A stretch of 64,000 nt of DNA from the human T2T-CHM13v2.0 reference genome, Homo sapiens (GCF_009914755.1 NC_060928.1), one strand, 5' to 3'. Shown: positions 27,688 to 45,265, numbered from the stretch's first letter. The notes: a model not told the origin generated them from the sequence alone. Numbers and translations: made by a program.

Positions 27688-27850
27688 ATCAGATACTCAA
27701 ATGTTAGTGTGCACAGCATAGGAGACTTGTTAAAAATAGATTCCTGAGGTCTACCACCAGAGATTCTGATTCTGGGATAAAATCCAACAAACAGCATTTT
27801 GACTAAACACCCAAGTAATCTGAGGCAACCACACTTCAGAAAATATTGGT
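27688..27850. mobile_element. MER5-like DNA transposon
   Basis: CTTGTTAAAAATAGATTCCTGAGG..CCAGAGATTCTGATTC..CCACACTTCAGAAAATATTG. Confidence 0.6.
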
Positions 27851-29679
27851 ATTTGTAGTGATGAGATTTCCTTCATAACCCACAAGACTTAACCCAGAAT
27901 GTAACTAAAATAGTTGAGTCTTACCTGTGCATGAAATTAGTGGTCTAGATGACAGTCACAAATAGTAAAATAGTAATAATGATCATTGTCAGCCCTGAAT
28001 ACCCCTCTCCACAGATCAGATCCTTAGACTTTTTAGCTCAACAGCTCTGAGCACTGAGATGGTTGGTCCAACAGAACCAAGAGGATGCCTCTGCAGGATG
28101 GGCTAAGTCAATGAAGCCAGGCAGCAGCAACTGTCATGCAAAACGGTTGCCCATAATTGCAGTTTTTGTCCTCTGAACTTGTCACCCCATACAGAATTCT
28201 AATTAAGAATCTTGTGTTGTAAAAGAATTAAGATATCTCCCCAACTTAGACACTTACAGCCAAGCAATAAAATTGGGAAAATTTAGCTTCATTAATTTCT
28301 GTATAAAGATTATGTTTCCAGAAGAGCATAGCTTATCTCAGGAGTTTTTTCCCATGGAAATTAATTGAAAGTAATATTCAATTACAATATCCAAGACTCA
28401 AAGAGTGAATTGAATGTTGATTTGTGAGTAAACACCAAGGAAAACATACCGCAAGGCTTAAGGTGGAGAGGCTCTTTCTGGCATAGTGTCCAAAGTGATA
28501 AAGAAAAAATACATAAAGGACTAGAATTGTTCTAAGTGGCTGAAAGATTTCAGATATCATTGTATGATGGCCTGCCAGAATCTTAGTCTAGCAAAGGTTA
28601 CTAAAAGACACTAGACAGTAACAGGACAATTTTTAACTTAAAAAAAAATGCATCAAGCTTATAGCAGAGTAACTTCTAGACCTTGAATGACACAACATGA
28701 CAATTTTGTTGGCTGACCTTTCAAAAGAGAGAAGATCTAATCAGACATTGTGATGTTCAGGTTCTGAATTATGATGAGCAAGCAGGGGTCTCTAATCCCC
28801 CCACCACTGCAGCTAAACATTTGGGAGTAATATTGCTAATTAGAATGCAGCATTCTAACCTGAAAGCAGAGCTCCTTGCTCAGTCCTATATTGGCCAAGC
28901 CTGCTGTTTCTGCTGCCTCTTCCCAACACACTACCTATTATTTTCCACCACAGAGACTCCCCCTTATTACAATTTTCAATGTATTTTTGTAACAGATGCA
29001 ATGTGTTTACTTGGGTGCCTGGAGACTGAATCTCTTCAGGTGGGTAATCATTAGAATGAGGAAAGTCAAGAAATCACTGTAATCCCCACTTCACCTCCTG
29101 TACAAAATAAATTCCACATGGATTAAAGATTTAAGGCTAAAAAATAAATCCACAGAAGACTACAAGAACAAATGAGCATGTTTTCCACAGAGTTTATAAT
29201 AGTAAAAACCTGGCAAAAAAATTATAAATCCTGACTGTTCATCAATAGGGAAACACACAAACGCAAATGATAGTTTATTCATTTAGTGGAAGAGTGTGTG
29301 GCTGAAAATAGCTCTTTAAGAGGAGGAAGTGGAATTCTATATACAGATACAGAAAGATGCCTATGACATTGATAAGTAAAAAGAGAAATTAAAGTATGTA
29401 GTGAACAACAACAATATATGTGTGAGTGCATGCTAAAAGAAATCCTAAGGGGAAAAATACACAAATCCCTAGCATTCGTTATATGTGGGGCCAAGAATAT
29501 GGGAGATCATCTCTTTATGGTATACTATATGCCTTTTAGTATCATTTGAGTTTTTGCTACAACAAGAAAGTACAAGAAAGTCTCATCATTTAAAAATTTT
29601 AAATTATTAAATTCCATCCTCCCTAGAGAGAAAAGGGGAAAGATCATTGAACTAGTGCAATCATAGTGAAAAGTATAGA

Positions 29680-29925
29680 ATAAAGCAGTTAAGAACAAGA
29701 GCACTGGAGCTAGATTGCCTAAGTTCAAACTCCAGCTCTGCCACCTGCTCACGATGCAAGTCACTTGACTTCTCTACCTCTCTGTGCCTCAATTTTACTT
29801 TCTATAAAATGGGCAGAGTAAGGGCAAACACTTTCTGATTTTATTATAAGGATTAAGTGAGTATGTATGTAACGTGCCTAAAAATGTCTGATAAATGTTA
29901 ATTTTGTTATTTTATTACTTTTACT
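29680..29925 (+). mobile_element. MIR
   Basis: GTTAAGAAC..GTTCAAACTCCAGCTCTGCCAC..CTCTGTGCCTCAATTTT..TATAAAATGGG. Confidence 0.8.
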
Positions 29926-32665
29926 ATTATTTCATGGAAGGAGTGAATCTGCCCCATTTTTTTCCCTTAGTTGGCTTCAGTTTTTCACCTCTCACAGCAT
30001 GAACATCTTGCTGGATTCCATAGCGTTATAGAATCTAAAGCTATATTTCTGATACAACAGGGCCCCTAAACACAACTACTTTTAGCAGTCAAATAGTGAT
30101 TTGTTTCAATGCTGGTGGAAAACCAGCTGTGTCAGATTTATTAAAGGATAGTATGTCAGTCTTCATTGTGACATGTAAATACGGCCATGTATATTTATGA
30201 GCAATTTAAGAGAATTTTGAGCATTCCTTGCTTATGTTCATTATTTTTCTTTAAATGTTGACTTGAGAATTTAGTCACAGTATAGGATACAATACCTTCC
30301 CCAAATCAAAAAAGCAATAAACTCCCCAAGTCTGGCATATTACAGACACAGTGATTATAAAGACTACCAGACTTTACACATTGCCTAAATTGACCTTTTT
30401 AAAATTGCATTGCTCCTATACACTCTTATGCTATAAGGAGTGCTGAATTATAACTTGAATTATTTTGTACTTTGGCTTACATAAAGAAGGAATGGGTGCC
30501 TAAGAAGCAGAAAAATAACAAAATTATAATCTTTGGCCCTTTATGAGACAGGACATCACAGGGCATCCCAGCCCTCCTGCTGGCAGCTCTGTGGCCTGGA
30601 AACCAGTGCTCCTAGTACAGGTAGCAGGGCCTTGACATCAGACATTGGCATCCTCTGCTTCCTGGGCACAGGACTTGGCTGGCATTAGCAACAGAGGCAT
30701 CAGCTTCAGCAGCACCTTCAGTGGGCATCAGCCATGTAGGAACCACTCTCAGGACAAACAGCAAATGGAAGCATTGCCACAGTGGGCCAGAGTAATTGCC
30801 ATGAGACAGACAAGTTGCCATCTTGTAGTATCAGAGTAAATGTCACCAGATGAATGAAAGAGACCTAGTACCTGCAGCATAATGAGGAAATCTCAAGGGC
30901 ATTTCAAATTGAAATCCAGGTTGAGTTCCCACTGGAATTTTTAATGCATGAAAGAGTAGAATGTCAAATTTGGCAATGGACTTGGATCTAGGACTTGAAA
31001 GAATCACAGTATGCTCTATATGAAGACAGGGTAGAAAATGCTGAAATTTCAGTGACTGCTCTAGCCAGTTCAAAAAATATCCTTTTTGTGAGGTAATTAT
31101 ATGCCACAGAGGAGTTTGGTGTGCACAAATCTAGGGATTCTTGAATGTCTCCAGAGACAGTCATCGGAAATGTCAAGGGTCTGTTGTAGGCTCAGAAAGG
31201 CATGGCATTCAGTTGTTTGATCATCCAACAAATATTTATGCCAGGAATTATAAAACTGTACTGAAAATATTCTGGAAGAACCTCCCGTGGGGATATCAGA
31301 GAGAACCTGGAAAAGTCGATACCCCAACTGAGAAAGGCTGGAACAGTCAAAAGCACCCAATCACACTGTCTGCTCAGCAGGTCTAGACTGAATGTGACCT
31401 TCAGTGGACTTGCTCCTCGTCTTCACCCTCAACCTCAAAAGATGTATTTATTTTACCTATGTAGAAAATGCCCTATAAGAATACACACTAACTTTTATTT
31501 GGGGTTTTATTTTTGAGTATTACTTTGAATTTTATTGAATTACTGAAGCAAGAGAGAACACCATGCAGGTTCTGAAATATTGTCTCATTAGGGGAAGTGA
31601 GTGTCCATTTTTCACAGCTTAAAGATTAGGCTCAGAGTTCTTAGATAGGGTACGAAAAGCAGGTGCATCTTTGGAACATTGATTTCTTAAGGTGGGTCAA
31701 TGCAGTCAAGGAAAGATTCTGAGCAAGGGGTAAGGCAATCTAAGGTTGTAATTACAGAGCTGGTAGGACAGTTCCTCTGATTCTCACTATTGAAAATAAT
31801 AATAATAATAATAATAAAGATAATAAATTATTGCATTATAGATAAGAACTAGAACAATCAACTCCATTAATTATTCTACACTTTTAAAAAATTTTAGATA
31901 ATAAGTATCCAGAAGACAGGACCGGGGCCCCTTTCTTTGAACACTATCTAGAAAACAACCAAGTGCAGTTTCATATTTATCAAGCCTTTCACATTTGCTT
32001 TCCAATGAATGCAGTTAGGATCAGCCCTGCCAAAGTCTTTTTCACTGTTCCTATGAAGACATTATCTCTGGAAAGATCTTTCAAAGGGCAAGGCAAGAAA
32101 TTCTAGACTGAGTTACTTGGTTAGGACTCATCTAACTTTAGGAATCTAGAATAAAACATGGTTCAACTTAAAAATGTGCTACGTGTGCATAAAATGAAGA
32201 CTTTACTCTGCAAATGTACTGGAGAAGGCAATCATGGGAACAAGTAATGGATTCACTGTGGCTCAGGGAAGCAGAGAAAAAAAAAGGTAAAGAAGCAAGT
32301 GGCAGTAAATGCTGATATGGAGACCCACAGTGCACATCTATCATCAACACAGACTCTTCCACATCCACCCAGGCAGGGTCTGCTTTCCATACACACATCT
32401 AAACTTAACATGTTACTTCTTCAGATGTGTTCTCTGTTTCTTTTCTCCTTCCAAACAGTATTAATAAACTCATTTCTTCCATATTAAAATATGTGGGGAC
32501 ATCTAGACCATGGAATCTGTATGCTCTTCTTTTTCTAATGAGATACTATTAAGAATCTCAGACACCTCCATCACATTCTACCGGATCTTAAATCCCAGAC
32601 AGGAACTTTTTTAAATCAATAAATAGCGATTGCTTATTCAGTGCGTAGCTAAAGAGTAAAATGTA

Positions 32666-34198
32666 CTCTCCCTCTCCCTCTCCCTCTCCCTCTCCCTCTC
32701 CCTCTCCCTCTCCCTCTCCCTCTCCATCTCCCTCTCCATCTCCCTCTCCCCACGGTCTCCCTCTCCTTCTCTCTCCACGGTCTCCCTCTGATGCCGAGCA
32801 GAGGCTGGACTGTAGAGTGCCGCCATCTCGGCTCACTGCAACCTCCCTGCCTGATTCTCCTGCTTCAGCCTGCCCAGTGCCTGGGATTGCAGGCGCACGC
32901 CACCACGCCTGACTGGTTTTCGTATTTTTTTGGTGGAGACGGGGTTTCGCCGTGTTGGCCAGGCTGGTCTCCAGCTCCTAACCGCGAGTGATCTGCTAGC
33001 CTCGGCCTCCCGAGGTGCCAGGATTGCAGACAGAGTCTCCCTCACTCAGTGCTCAATGTTGCCCAGGCTGAAGTGCAGTGGCGTGATCTCGGCTCGCTAC
33101 AACCTCCACCTCCCAGCCGCCTGCCTTGGCCTCCCAAAGTGCCGAGATTGCAGCCTCTGCCCGGCCACCACCCCGTCTGGGAAGCGAGGAGCCCCTCTGC
33201 CCAGCCGCCCAGTCTGGGAAGTGAGGAGCGCCTCTTCCCGGCCACCATCCCATCTAGGAAGTGAGGAGCGTCTCTGCCCGGCTGCCCATCGTCTGAGATG
33301 TGGGGAGCGCCTCTGCCCCGCCGCCCATCATCTGAGATGTGGGGAGCGCCTCTGCCCCGCCACCCCGTCTGGGATGTGAGGAGTGCCTCTGCCCAGCCGC
33401 GACCCTGTCTGGGAACTGAGGAGTGTCTCTGCCCAACCGCCACCCAGTCTGGGAGGTGAGGAGCGGCTCTGCCTGGCCGCCCAGTCTGAGAAGTGAGGAG
33501 CCCCTCCTCCTGGCAGCCACCCCGTCTGGGAAGTGAGGAGCGTCTCCGCCCCGCAGCCGCCCCCTCCAGGAGGTGGGGGACAGCCCCCGCCCAGCGGCCA
33601 CCCTGTCTGGGAGGTGGGGGGCCCCTCTGCCCGGCCGCCACCCCATCTGGGAGGTGTACCCAGCAGCTCGTTGAGAAAGGGCCATGATGACGATGGCGGT
33701 TTTGTCGAGTGGAAAGGGGGGAAGTGTGGGGAAAGGAAAGAAAAATCAGATTGAAATCAAGTTGTTGCTGTGTCTGTGTAGAAAGAAGTAGACATGGGAG
33801 ACTCCATTTTGTTCTGTACTAAGAAAAATTCTTCTGCCTTGGGATGCTGTTAATCTGTGGCCTTACCCCCAACCCCTTGCTCTCTGAAACATGTGCTGTG
33901 TCCACTCAGGGTTAAATGGATTAAGGGTGGTGCAAGATGTGCTTTGTTAAACAGATGCTTGAAGGCAGCATGCTCCTTAAGAGTCATCACCACTCCCTAA
34001 TCTCAAGTACCCAGGGACACAAACACTGCGGAAGGCCGCAGGGTCCTCTGCCTAGGAAAACCAGAGACCCTTGTTCACATGTTTATCTGCTGACCTTCCC
34101 TCCACTATTGTCCTATGACCCTGCCAAATCCCCCTCTCCGAGAAACACCCAAGAATGATCAATAAATACTAAAAAAATAAATAAATAAATAAATAAAT
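32666..34198 (+). mobile_element. Full-length SVA retrotransposon (probably an older subfamily, B/C-like)
   Basis: (CCCTCT)n hexamers 32666-32750, antisense Alu-like domain, GC-rich VNTR ~33140-33660, SINE-R, AATAAA and (AAAT)n tail; perfect TSD AAAGAGTAAAATGTA at 32651-32665 and 34199-34213. Confidence 0.97.
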
Positions 34199-34589
34199 AA
34201 AGAGTAAAATGTAATGATCCATTTCCCTGGGTCTCCACCCCAGGGACGGCATCTGTCTCCAGTGATGAGGTAGGGTCCTGGACAGAAGGCCCAGCAGGAG
34301 TAAAGACTTAAACACGCAGCCAATTCAGAGTCATTTATGAGAAAGAAGGCCATGACTGTAACGCTTTCCGTGTTCACTTCTCCTCAGGGCTGGAGGGCTT
34401 GATCTCCAGGGGTACCACAGACTGACCCTTTAATACTACAGGGTTCTAAGCCCATAAAAATCAGTGGGCTGGATGCCATGCAGGACAGTAAGGAAGATGT
34501 TTACTATACTTGAAAGGAGAAAAATATGTAAATATGCTAAGATATCAACATCCCTGTTCCTGTGAAAGGATGTCAGCAGTCAAAGGCCC

Positions 34590-35456
<867 letters not shown>

Positions 35457-35579
35457 AAATGGTTCTAGACCAGTGAAAATTGGAAAAGGCACACCTCCTC
35501 TGAAGGAGAACAGCCAAATCTCAGCTCCTAATTCCCCTCCCACCTTCCACCCAACCCCAGGGTCCCCCATGGTATTCCC

Positions 35580-36262
35580 CAGGCCAGGAGGAAGGTGAGG
35601 CAAGCAAGGCACTTGCCCATCATGCAAAAGGTAAGGGAATGCCAAAAAAACTCAGTAACCAAGATAACCACTATTTTAACACAATAGTTTTTAAAAATCA
35701 AAAGATAATGATTTTTCTTTTTGTTTCAGGCTCTTCTGTTTCATGACTCAGCACAACACTGCTACTAATCCTGTCTTTATTTAAAATTTTAATATTTTGG
35801 CTGGGAGCTGTGGCTCACGCCTGTAATCCCAGCACTTTGGGAGGCCGAGGCGGGCAGATCACTCACAAGTTCGAGACCAGCCTGGCCAACATGGTGAAAC
35901 CCTGTCTCTGCTAAAAATACAAAATTATCCAGGCATAGTGGCGCACACCTGTAATCCCAGCTACTCAGGAGGCTGAGGCAGGAGAATCACTTGAACCAGG
36001 GGCTGGAGGTTGCAGTGAGCTGAGATCGCACCATTGAACTCCAGCCTGGGCAACAAGAGCAAAACTCTATCTCAAAAATAAATAAATAAATAAATAAATA
36101 AATGAAATTTTAATATTTTGTTCATTATAGATATTTTCATATTAATTGTGCTTCTTAAAATAAATATATATATTTTTAATCTTGACTATTGAGCTTTGGG
36201 GCCTTCCTTACATTTTATGTCCAAGGGGAGTGCCTTACTCACTCACCCTAGTCCCAGCCTTG
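35580..36262. mobile_element. MER96B-like hAT DNA transposon, interrupted by an Alu
   Basis: Inverted ends CAGGCCAGGAGGAAGGTGAGGCAAGCAAGGCACT / AGTGCCTTACTCACTCACCCTAGTCCCAGCCTTG; AAAAACTCAGTAACCAAGAT mirrored by ATCTTGACTATTGAG. Confidence 0.7.
35799..36104 (+). mobile_element. AluS with (AAAT)n tail
   Basis: TSD AAATTTTAATATTTT at 35784-35798 and 36105-36119. Confidence 0.95.
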
Positions 36263-36336
36263 GCACTGCTTCATATAAGCAGATAAACGTGCAGTATAAT
36301 GTCAGGTGGTGCTCATACTAAGCATGACTTTTTATT

Positions 36337-36761
36337 TTATTCATTTTTTCTTAATTTCAACTTTTATCTTAGATACAGTGGGTACACGTGCAGGTTTGTT
36401 ACATGGGTATATTACATGATGCTAACGTTTGAGGTACAGAGCCTGTCACCCAGGTAGTGAGCATAGTACCCAATAGGTAGTTTTTCAACCCACACTCCCC
36501 TCTTACCTTCCCGCCTCTAGTAGTCTTCAGTGTCTATTGTTCCCATGTTTATGCCAATATGTTCTCAATGTTTAGTTTCCACAAAGACATGGAATCAACC
36601 TAGGTGCCCATCAATGATGGATTAGATAAAGAAAATGTGTATGGTACATAATACACCATGGAAAACTATGTGGCTGTAAACAAAGAACAAAATCATGTCC
36701 TTTGCAGCAACATGGATATAGCTGGAGGCCATAATCCTAAATGAATTAATTCAGGAACAGA
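36337..36761 (-). mobile_element. L1PA15/16-like element with a 5' inversion (twin priming)
   Basis: 36337-~36581 is an antisense L1 3' end; ~36582-36761 is sense L1 ORF2-end/3'UTR; 17-bp TSD AAGCATGACTTTTTATT / AAGCTTGTCTTTTTATT. Confidence 0.85.
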
Positions 36762-36778
36762 AAGCTTGTCTTTTTATT

Positions 36779-37287
36779 GTGATGCTTTGAAATCTGGGGC
36801 TGTACTGATCCTGGAGAGACTGCTTCTCCCGGAGCAAGCCAATTCTTAGAGTGCATCTTTCATGAGCAAACCAACCAACTGGAAGCCCATACCCCAATCA
36901 CCTCCTTTGTTGGGCTCTCACACTCAGGTCACTATTACCCTGCCCTAATCACCCCAGTACCAGGTACCAAACAGCTAGGGACAAGCCCTATGCTCCAAAG
37001 CAGTGAAATTATTCAAACTAGGCAATCCTAAATCTGCTCATCCTGCTTCTCCTGTTCCTTCCCACAAAAAACACAATAAAGCCTTCTGCTCATGTTTGTC
37101 GCTCACTCCCCTCTTCCTTCCGACTGACTCTGGGTCCTTCCCTGAGTGACACCCTCCCGCCATCGGCATGCCATGCCCCCTCCTCTTCAGAACTGTGACT
37201 AACCAACTCTCTTTTTGAAGGCAACTCTCTCCTAATCTGTTGGCCTCATCACATCTGAATAATACTAAAATCTACATTTTAAAACTG
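36779..37287. mobile_element. MER77-like ERVL LTR
   Basis: GTGATGCTTTGA..CTGATCCTGGAGAGACTGC..GCAAACCAACCAA..CCCTAATCACCCCAG..CAATAAAG. Confidence 0.6.
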
Positions 37288-38239
37288 TGCTCAGGGAAGG
37301 TGATAGGAAGTGATGAGGGTGCTGTTTTAGGTAGGTGGTCTGGGAAGACATCTCAGAAGAAAGGTCATTTGAGCAGAAACCTGAAGGCAGAGAGGAAGAG
37401 GAAATATCTGGAGAAAAGAAAATAACCTCATTCCTGACTAATTTGCTCATTTCTGAACCACCTCCCCGTCATTGTCTCCCCTGGGTTTTACAGGACCATT
37501 TTCTTCTGCTCTTCTCTTGCCTTTGTGACATCCTAGGCATCCTCCTCCTCCAGTTCTCCCAGGTCTCTGGCATCAGTGATGTTTTAGGTGCTGATTTGTC
37601 CCCACAAGCAGTTCTGAAGACTTAGTAGCCTTCCTGGAGACGATCTCACCAACACTTTAAATTTATCCTAAAACCAAATGCATTATCTTCTTCCCCTACC
37701 CAAACAGGAAAACTTTCCATACTTCCCACCTGGATTATAAAAGTGCCACAACTGGTCCCCCTCCCTTAAATCTTTCCCATAACCAAATTATGCTTTTCAT
37801 TGTTGCCAGAGTATACTTATTATGGTCCCCCTGCCTAATAATTTCAATGGTTTCCTATCTACAACATAAAGTCCAAAAATATGAGCCACAACCCATCATT
37901 CTATCTTCATTTCCAACAATATCCTTGGCAGTCAAGCCTCTGCCCCACTGCTGTCCCCAAACACCAAAGCCCAAAGTCTGCTGACTTCTTTCACTACAAT
38001 AACCTTCACTTCTAGTACAGCCAGGCCCTGACAACCATACCCCAAATATTTTTAAATATTCTAATTATGAAAGAAAGACATGCTTATTGTAGAAAATATA
38101 GACAAGCCCAATGAATAAAAGTGAATTCACTATGTATAATCCTACCACCCACTACCATTCATTTACAAGTATTAATTGAATATCTACTATGTGCAAAGAA
38201 TAAGATAGAAGCTGGATATAAAGGAAGTTGAAATTCTTT

Positions 38240-38592
38240 AATATATTTTGAATGACACAGAAAGAAATTTTTTCATATGTTGTTCCCTCTGTCTGGAATG
38301 TTCTTCACCCGTTTATCAGGTGGCAAATTTTCCTTATTCTTAAAGATCAACTCAAGCCTTTCCTATTTTATGAATCCTTCTTGATTTCCCCCAAGATTGA
38401 GCTAATTACCACTTTTTTTTTATCACTCTGTACCTTGTATATTCATCCATGGTAACCCTATCACATACTGTTAAAGAGTTTTGACTGTTTGTCTATCTGC
38501 CTCTTCTTCTACTCCATGGGCCTCTGAGGCTGGGAACTATGGTAACACATCTCCAGTACCTGACACACAGTAGGCTCTTAACAAATGAATCA
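38240..38592 (+). mobile_element. L2 3' end
   Basis: TGTTCCCTCTGTCTGGAATGTTCTTC..CAGTACCTGACACACAGTAGGCTCTTAACAAATGAAT. Confidence 0.7.
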
Positions 38593-39285
38593 TGCTTCAC
38601 GGGGCTTCCCTTGAGTCAGAAAAACCCAAGTGGTTTTCGAAGCTGCAACTCCATTTGACAAAAGCTCCGTATATTTTCCAAATAGCTCTTTTTATCTTAA
38701 AGCATTTTCCCAGGTCATGTTTTAATGTAATAACACACATAACTCATTTTGATGGGACATGTTATACAATAAGCAAATTCTATTAGATACCAAAGCAAAT
38801 TAAGAGAGTCATTTTGTACAGTTTGTACTCCCATTGAGCCTGCTAAAGTTATTGAGCCTGCCTTTCTTTCTAACACTCTGCCAGTTTCAAAACATTTAAA
38901 ATAATCAATTAGCTGATCCTTGCAACACCTCTCAGGGTTCGGCAAGTGGTCTCATAATATTTTAGAGATATAAATTTTTAAAGACAGAGGCAAAAAAACA
39001 GCTATCCTCTAAAGCAGTTGGATTACCCAATAATGCATAGTACCTGAACAGTCAGCAGCCTATGCTCAGAATTAAGACACCAGCAAAAGACTTCTACTTC
39101 ACCAGGGACTCCTGCTTCCACCACTCACCATTTGAAGAAGACTCATCTGAAAATCCCACAGACTTAAGGTGAGATCGCCAGAGCAGTTGCCACCACCCAT
39201 GGGAAATACAGTGCCATTTAGAGAAGCAGGAACTTGTGGGGCACAGTGGGTGGAAGGGGTCCACATAATTTGAAACACAACATCA

Positions 39286-39698
<413 letters not shown>

Positions 39699-39817
39699 TT
39701 ATATTATTATAGTATATTATATTACATCACATTACATTAAACATATTATATTCAAGCTAATACAATAACATTTTTGAGAACTCATACATATTTTTGTAAC
39801 AATTCTGTAAAGTTGGT

Positions 39818-40170
39818 AATATCCCCATTCTCATACTGCCAATAAAGACATACCTGAAACTGGGTAATTTATGCAGGAAATCAGTTTAATTGACTCACAG
39901 TTCCACATGGATGAGGAGGCCTCACAATCATGGCAGAAGGCAAATGAGGAACAAAGTCATGTCTTACATGGAGACAGGCAAGAGAGCTTGAATAAGGGAA
40001 CTCCCATTTATAAAACCATCACATCTCATGAGATTTATTCACTACCACAAGAACAGTATGGAGGAAACTGCCCCCATGAATCTATTATCTCCCCCCGGCC
40101 CACACTTGACACATGGGGATTATTACAATTCAAGGTGAGATTTGGGTGGGGACACAGTCAACCCATATCA
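39818..40170 (-). mobile_element. THE1 (B-like) solo LTR
   Basis: CTGCCAATAAAGACATACCTGAAACTGGGTAATTTAT..GAGATTTGGGTGGGGACACAG..CCATATCA. Confidence 0.9.
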
Positions 40171-40174
40171 GGAC

Positions 40175-40605
40175 TCCTGCAAGAAACTGATGGCAAACTC
40201 CAATTGGAAAGTGTAATAAAGGGTCTGTCTACAGAAGGTAGGGAAACCTTAAGAGACAATGCAGAATTAGTATCAGTGGTCCCTGTTATACCCATAAGCC
40301 TAAAGGGGCAATGTAGCTACTAGAATTTGGAGACAAGGTGTGTGGCAAAGGGCATTTTTCAGAAACTGTAACCCACTCCAGAAATACAGCCAACCCATGG
40401 GACACTACAAAGAGAGGGAAGGGGGGGTCACCTTCAGGCCTCAGGCTCCTTCCTCCCTCTAATCCCCGCCAACACTCACACTGGCCAAGCCAATCTAAAG
40501 CTAGAATGTGAGGTAGCCTGTTGAAGTAGGCCAACTGCCAGGGCACAGAACACAGTGGGAAAAGGCAAAGAGTAGGCCTGAGAAAGCAAACAGACTGACC
40601 AAACA
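40175..40605. mobile_element. Old ERVL LTR (LTR33/41-like)
   Basis: CAAGAAACTGATGGCAAACTC..CTGGCCAAGCCAATCTAAAGCTAGA..CAGGGCACAGAACA. Confidence 0.4.
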
Positions 40606-40751
40606 TGAATTTAAGTAAGAACTGCAGTGTCATGAGATATCTTCAGAGTCAGCAACAAAAGGCAAAGAAAGGTATATTCTTCCAAAAGATAAGAGCAGGA
40701 GGTGGGGAGAGAGAAAGTTTGAATTAAAACATAATAAAAATTACAATTTAA

Positions 40752-41104
<353 letters not shown>

Positions 41105-42017
41105 TCAAAATATGACTATAAGTGTATGTGGTTTGTCTTTGCTTAACCTGACGGCTTGATGACTTAAAGGAAAAGCAGAGAGTTAAACTAAACTCTCCAG
41201 GAAAAAAAAAAATGGACTGGAAAAGTGGCCAATTTCTGCCAATCCTCCTCCCTATATTTTCTAGTAACTAGTAGGCTCAGACAGTACCCAACCACGTGGT
41301 CTAAGCTGCTCTCTTTTTTGAAATGAACAAAATCACAGGAACTAAAGAGACAACAGAGAGAAAAGCAACAAAAAAAATACAGAAACAAATGAACAAATAG
41401 AGTCCTTTTATTAGAACATAGACAAGGAATCTGCACATTCCTTGAATTTAATCAAGAGATAGTGTGTATCAAATAAATATATCTGTAAGTTCTTTCAATT
41501 TTCACTATCACGAATTTCTGTATAATGAGGAATAACTCTATCATTAAAGAATAAATGGACATTAAAGCAAGGCCTATTATGAAATAATATTTAATTAAGA
41601 TTAAATTGAGACATCAATGCCAGCCCCATTATTCCTCTAAGACAACTCTCAATATTCAAAGGCAAAGAGTCTTTGCTGCCTTGAACAAATTATGCAACCT
41701 GCTAAGAGAGCAGAACTCAATTTAAAAGCAAAGATGGAGAGATGTGGTACACTCATCATGTTTTTTTGATCAGTGTCTGCATAAAAACTGAAGGAAGGGA
41801 GTTGAATCCCACAGATTCCTCCTTTGATGTATTTCCTTGTCTAAAGGATGCCCCACCTGTAGCAGAGTCTTGGTACTATTTCTGTACACATCCATTTGTC
41901 ACTACCAGAATAGAGCTGACTGGATTATCAAATAGTGATGACAAGAATTCTCTGATTCACCATCATGAGGGAAAAGACCCATACCTGAGTCAGCAGGTCT
42001 TTTAAAACGCAGGCCCC

Positions 42018-42340
<323 letters not shown>

Positions 42341-42883
42341 TTACCTCTCAGGCAGCTGCCAGATTAGCCTAAGAAAGCCTCTGCTGGGGCAAGGACGACC
42401 ACCTCAGATTATCAAAGCTACAGGGAAGAAAGGGCTACTGTGGTCCAAACCCCTAACTTTAGAGTGAAAGGAAGCAGAACCCTAAAATATTAAGGTGGAA
42501 ACCTTTCGACACCAAAGGGAAACTTCCAAATATTTTTTCTGTTTCAGCAGATCTTTACCTCTTTTAAGCCAAAACTTACTGCATTTAGCACAATGGCAAT
42601 AGTAAATAAAGTACTTAAATGATCACTCAAAAAAGTAACCATGAGATTACTGCACTTCATCCACTTAGGTATAAAAAGAGAACTGTTGTCATGAGTGAAG
42701 CTGGGGCAGGAGCTGTGCTAGAAATGGAAATGAGTATGCGGCCAAAGGCAAAATCTGCATGAATATGGAAAGACAGCAACAACATGGAGAGCAGCTGAGT
42801 TTAAGGGCTTGCATAAGACCATCATGGTTCAAGAAGACTTTAAAAGTCTTCAGCGCAGATGATGGAACACAAGAATGTGTTAG

Positions 42884-44914
<2,031 letters not shown>

Positions 44915-44993
44915 GTTAGCCTAATCTCTACTCAAAGACAGTCAGTTGTCCCAGTCAGGAACCCACATTAATAGGGTAAAAGTCCACACACCA

Positions 44994-45265
44994 AGCCTGT
45001 AATCCCAGCACTTTGGGAGGCCTAGGTGGGCGGATCACAAAGTCAGGAGATCAAGACCATCCTGGCTAACATGGTCAAACCCTGTCTCTACTAAAAATAC
45101 AAAAAATTAGCTGGGCATGGTGGTGGGCACCTGTAGTCCCAGCTACTCAGGAGGCTGAGGCAGGAGAATGGAGTGAACCTGGGAGGCAGAGCTTGTAGTG
45201 AGCCGAGATTGCACCACTGCACTCCAGCCTGGGCGACAGAGCAAGACTCCGTGTCAAAAAAAAAA
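44994..45265 (+). mobile_element. AluY, first ~20 nt truncated
   Basis: Starts at GCCTGTAATCCC; TSD AAAAGTCCACACACCA / AAAAGGCCACACACCA. Confidence 0.95.

Noticed and set aside
30600-31390. Repeat-poor region with several overlapping 60-87 aa ORFs
   Set aside because: No frame resembles a known protein or processed pseudogene; no poly-A or TSD.
33140-33660. Repeat-spacer-like periodicity that could be mistaken for a CRISPR array
   Set aside because: It is the SVA VNTR: degenerate tandem units with no unique spacers and no cas genes, in primate DNA.
32588-34158. Cluster of 60-199 aa ORFs
   Set aside because: All lie in the SVA hexamer, Alu-like, VNTR and SINE-R domains.
39871-40323. 150-aa ORF
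   Set aside because: Antisense read-through of a THE1 LTR into another LTR remnant.
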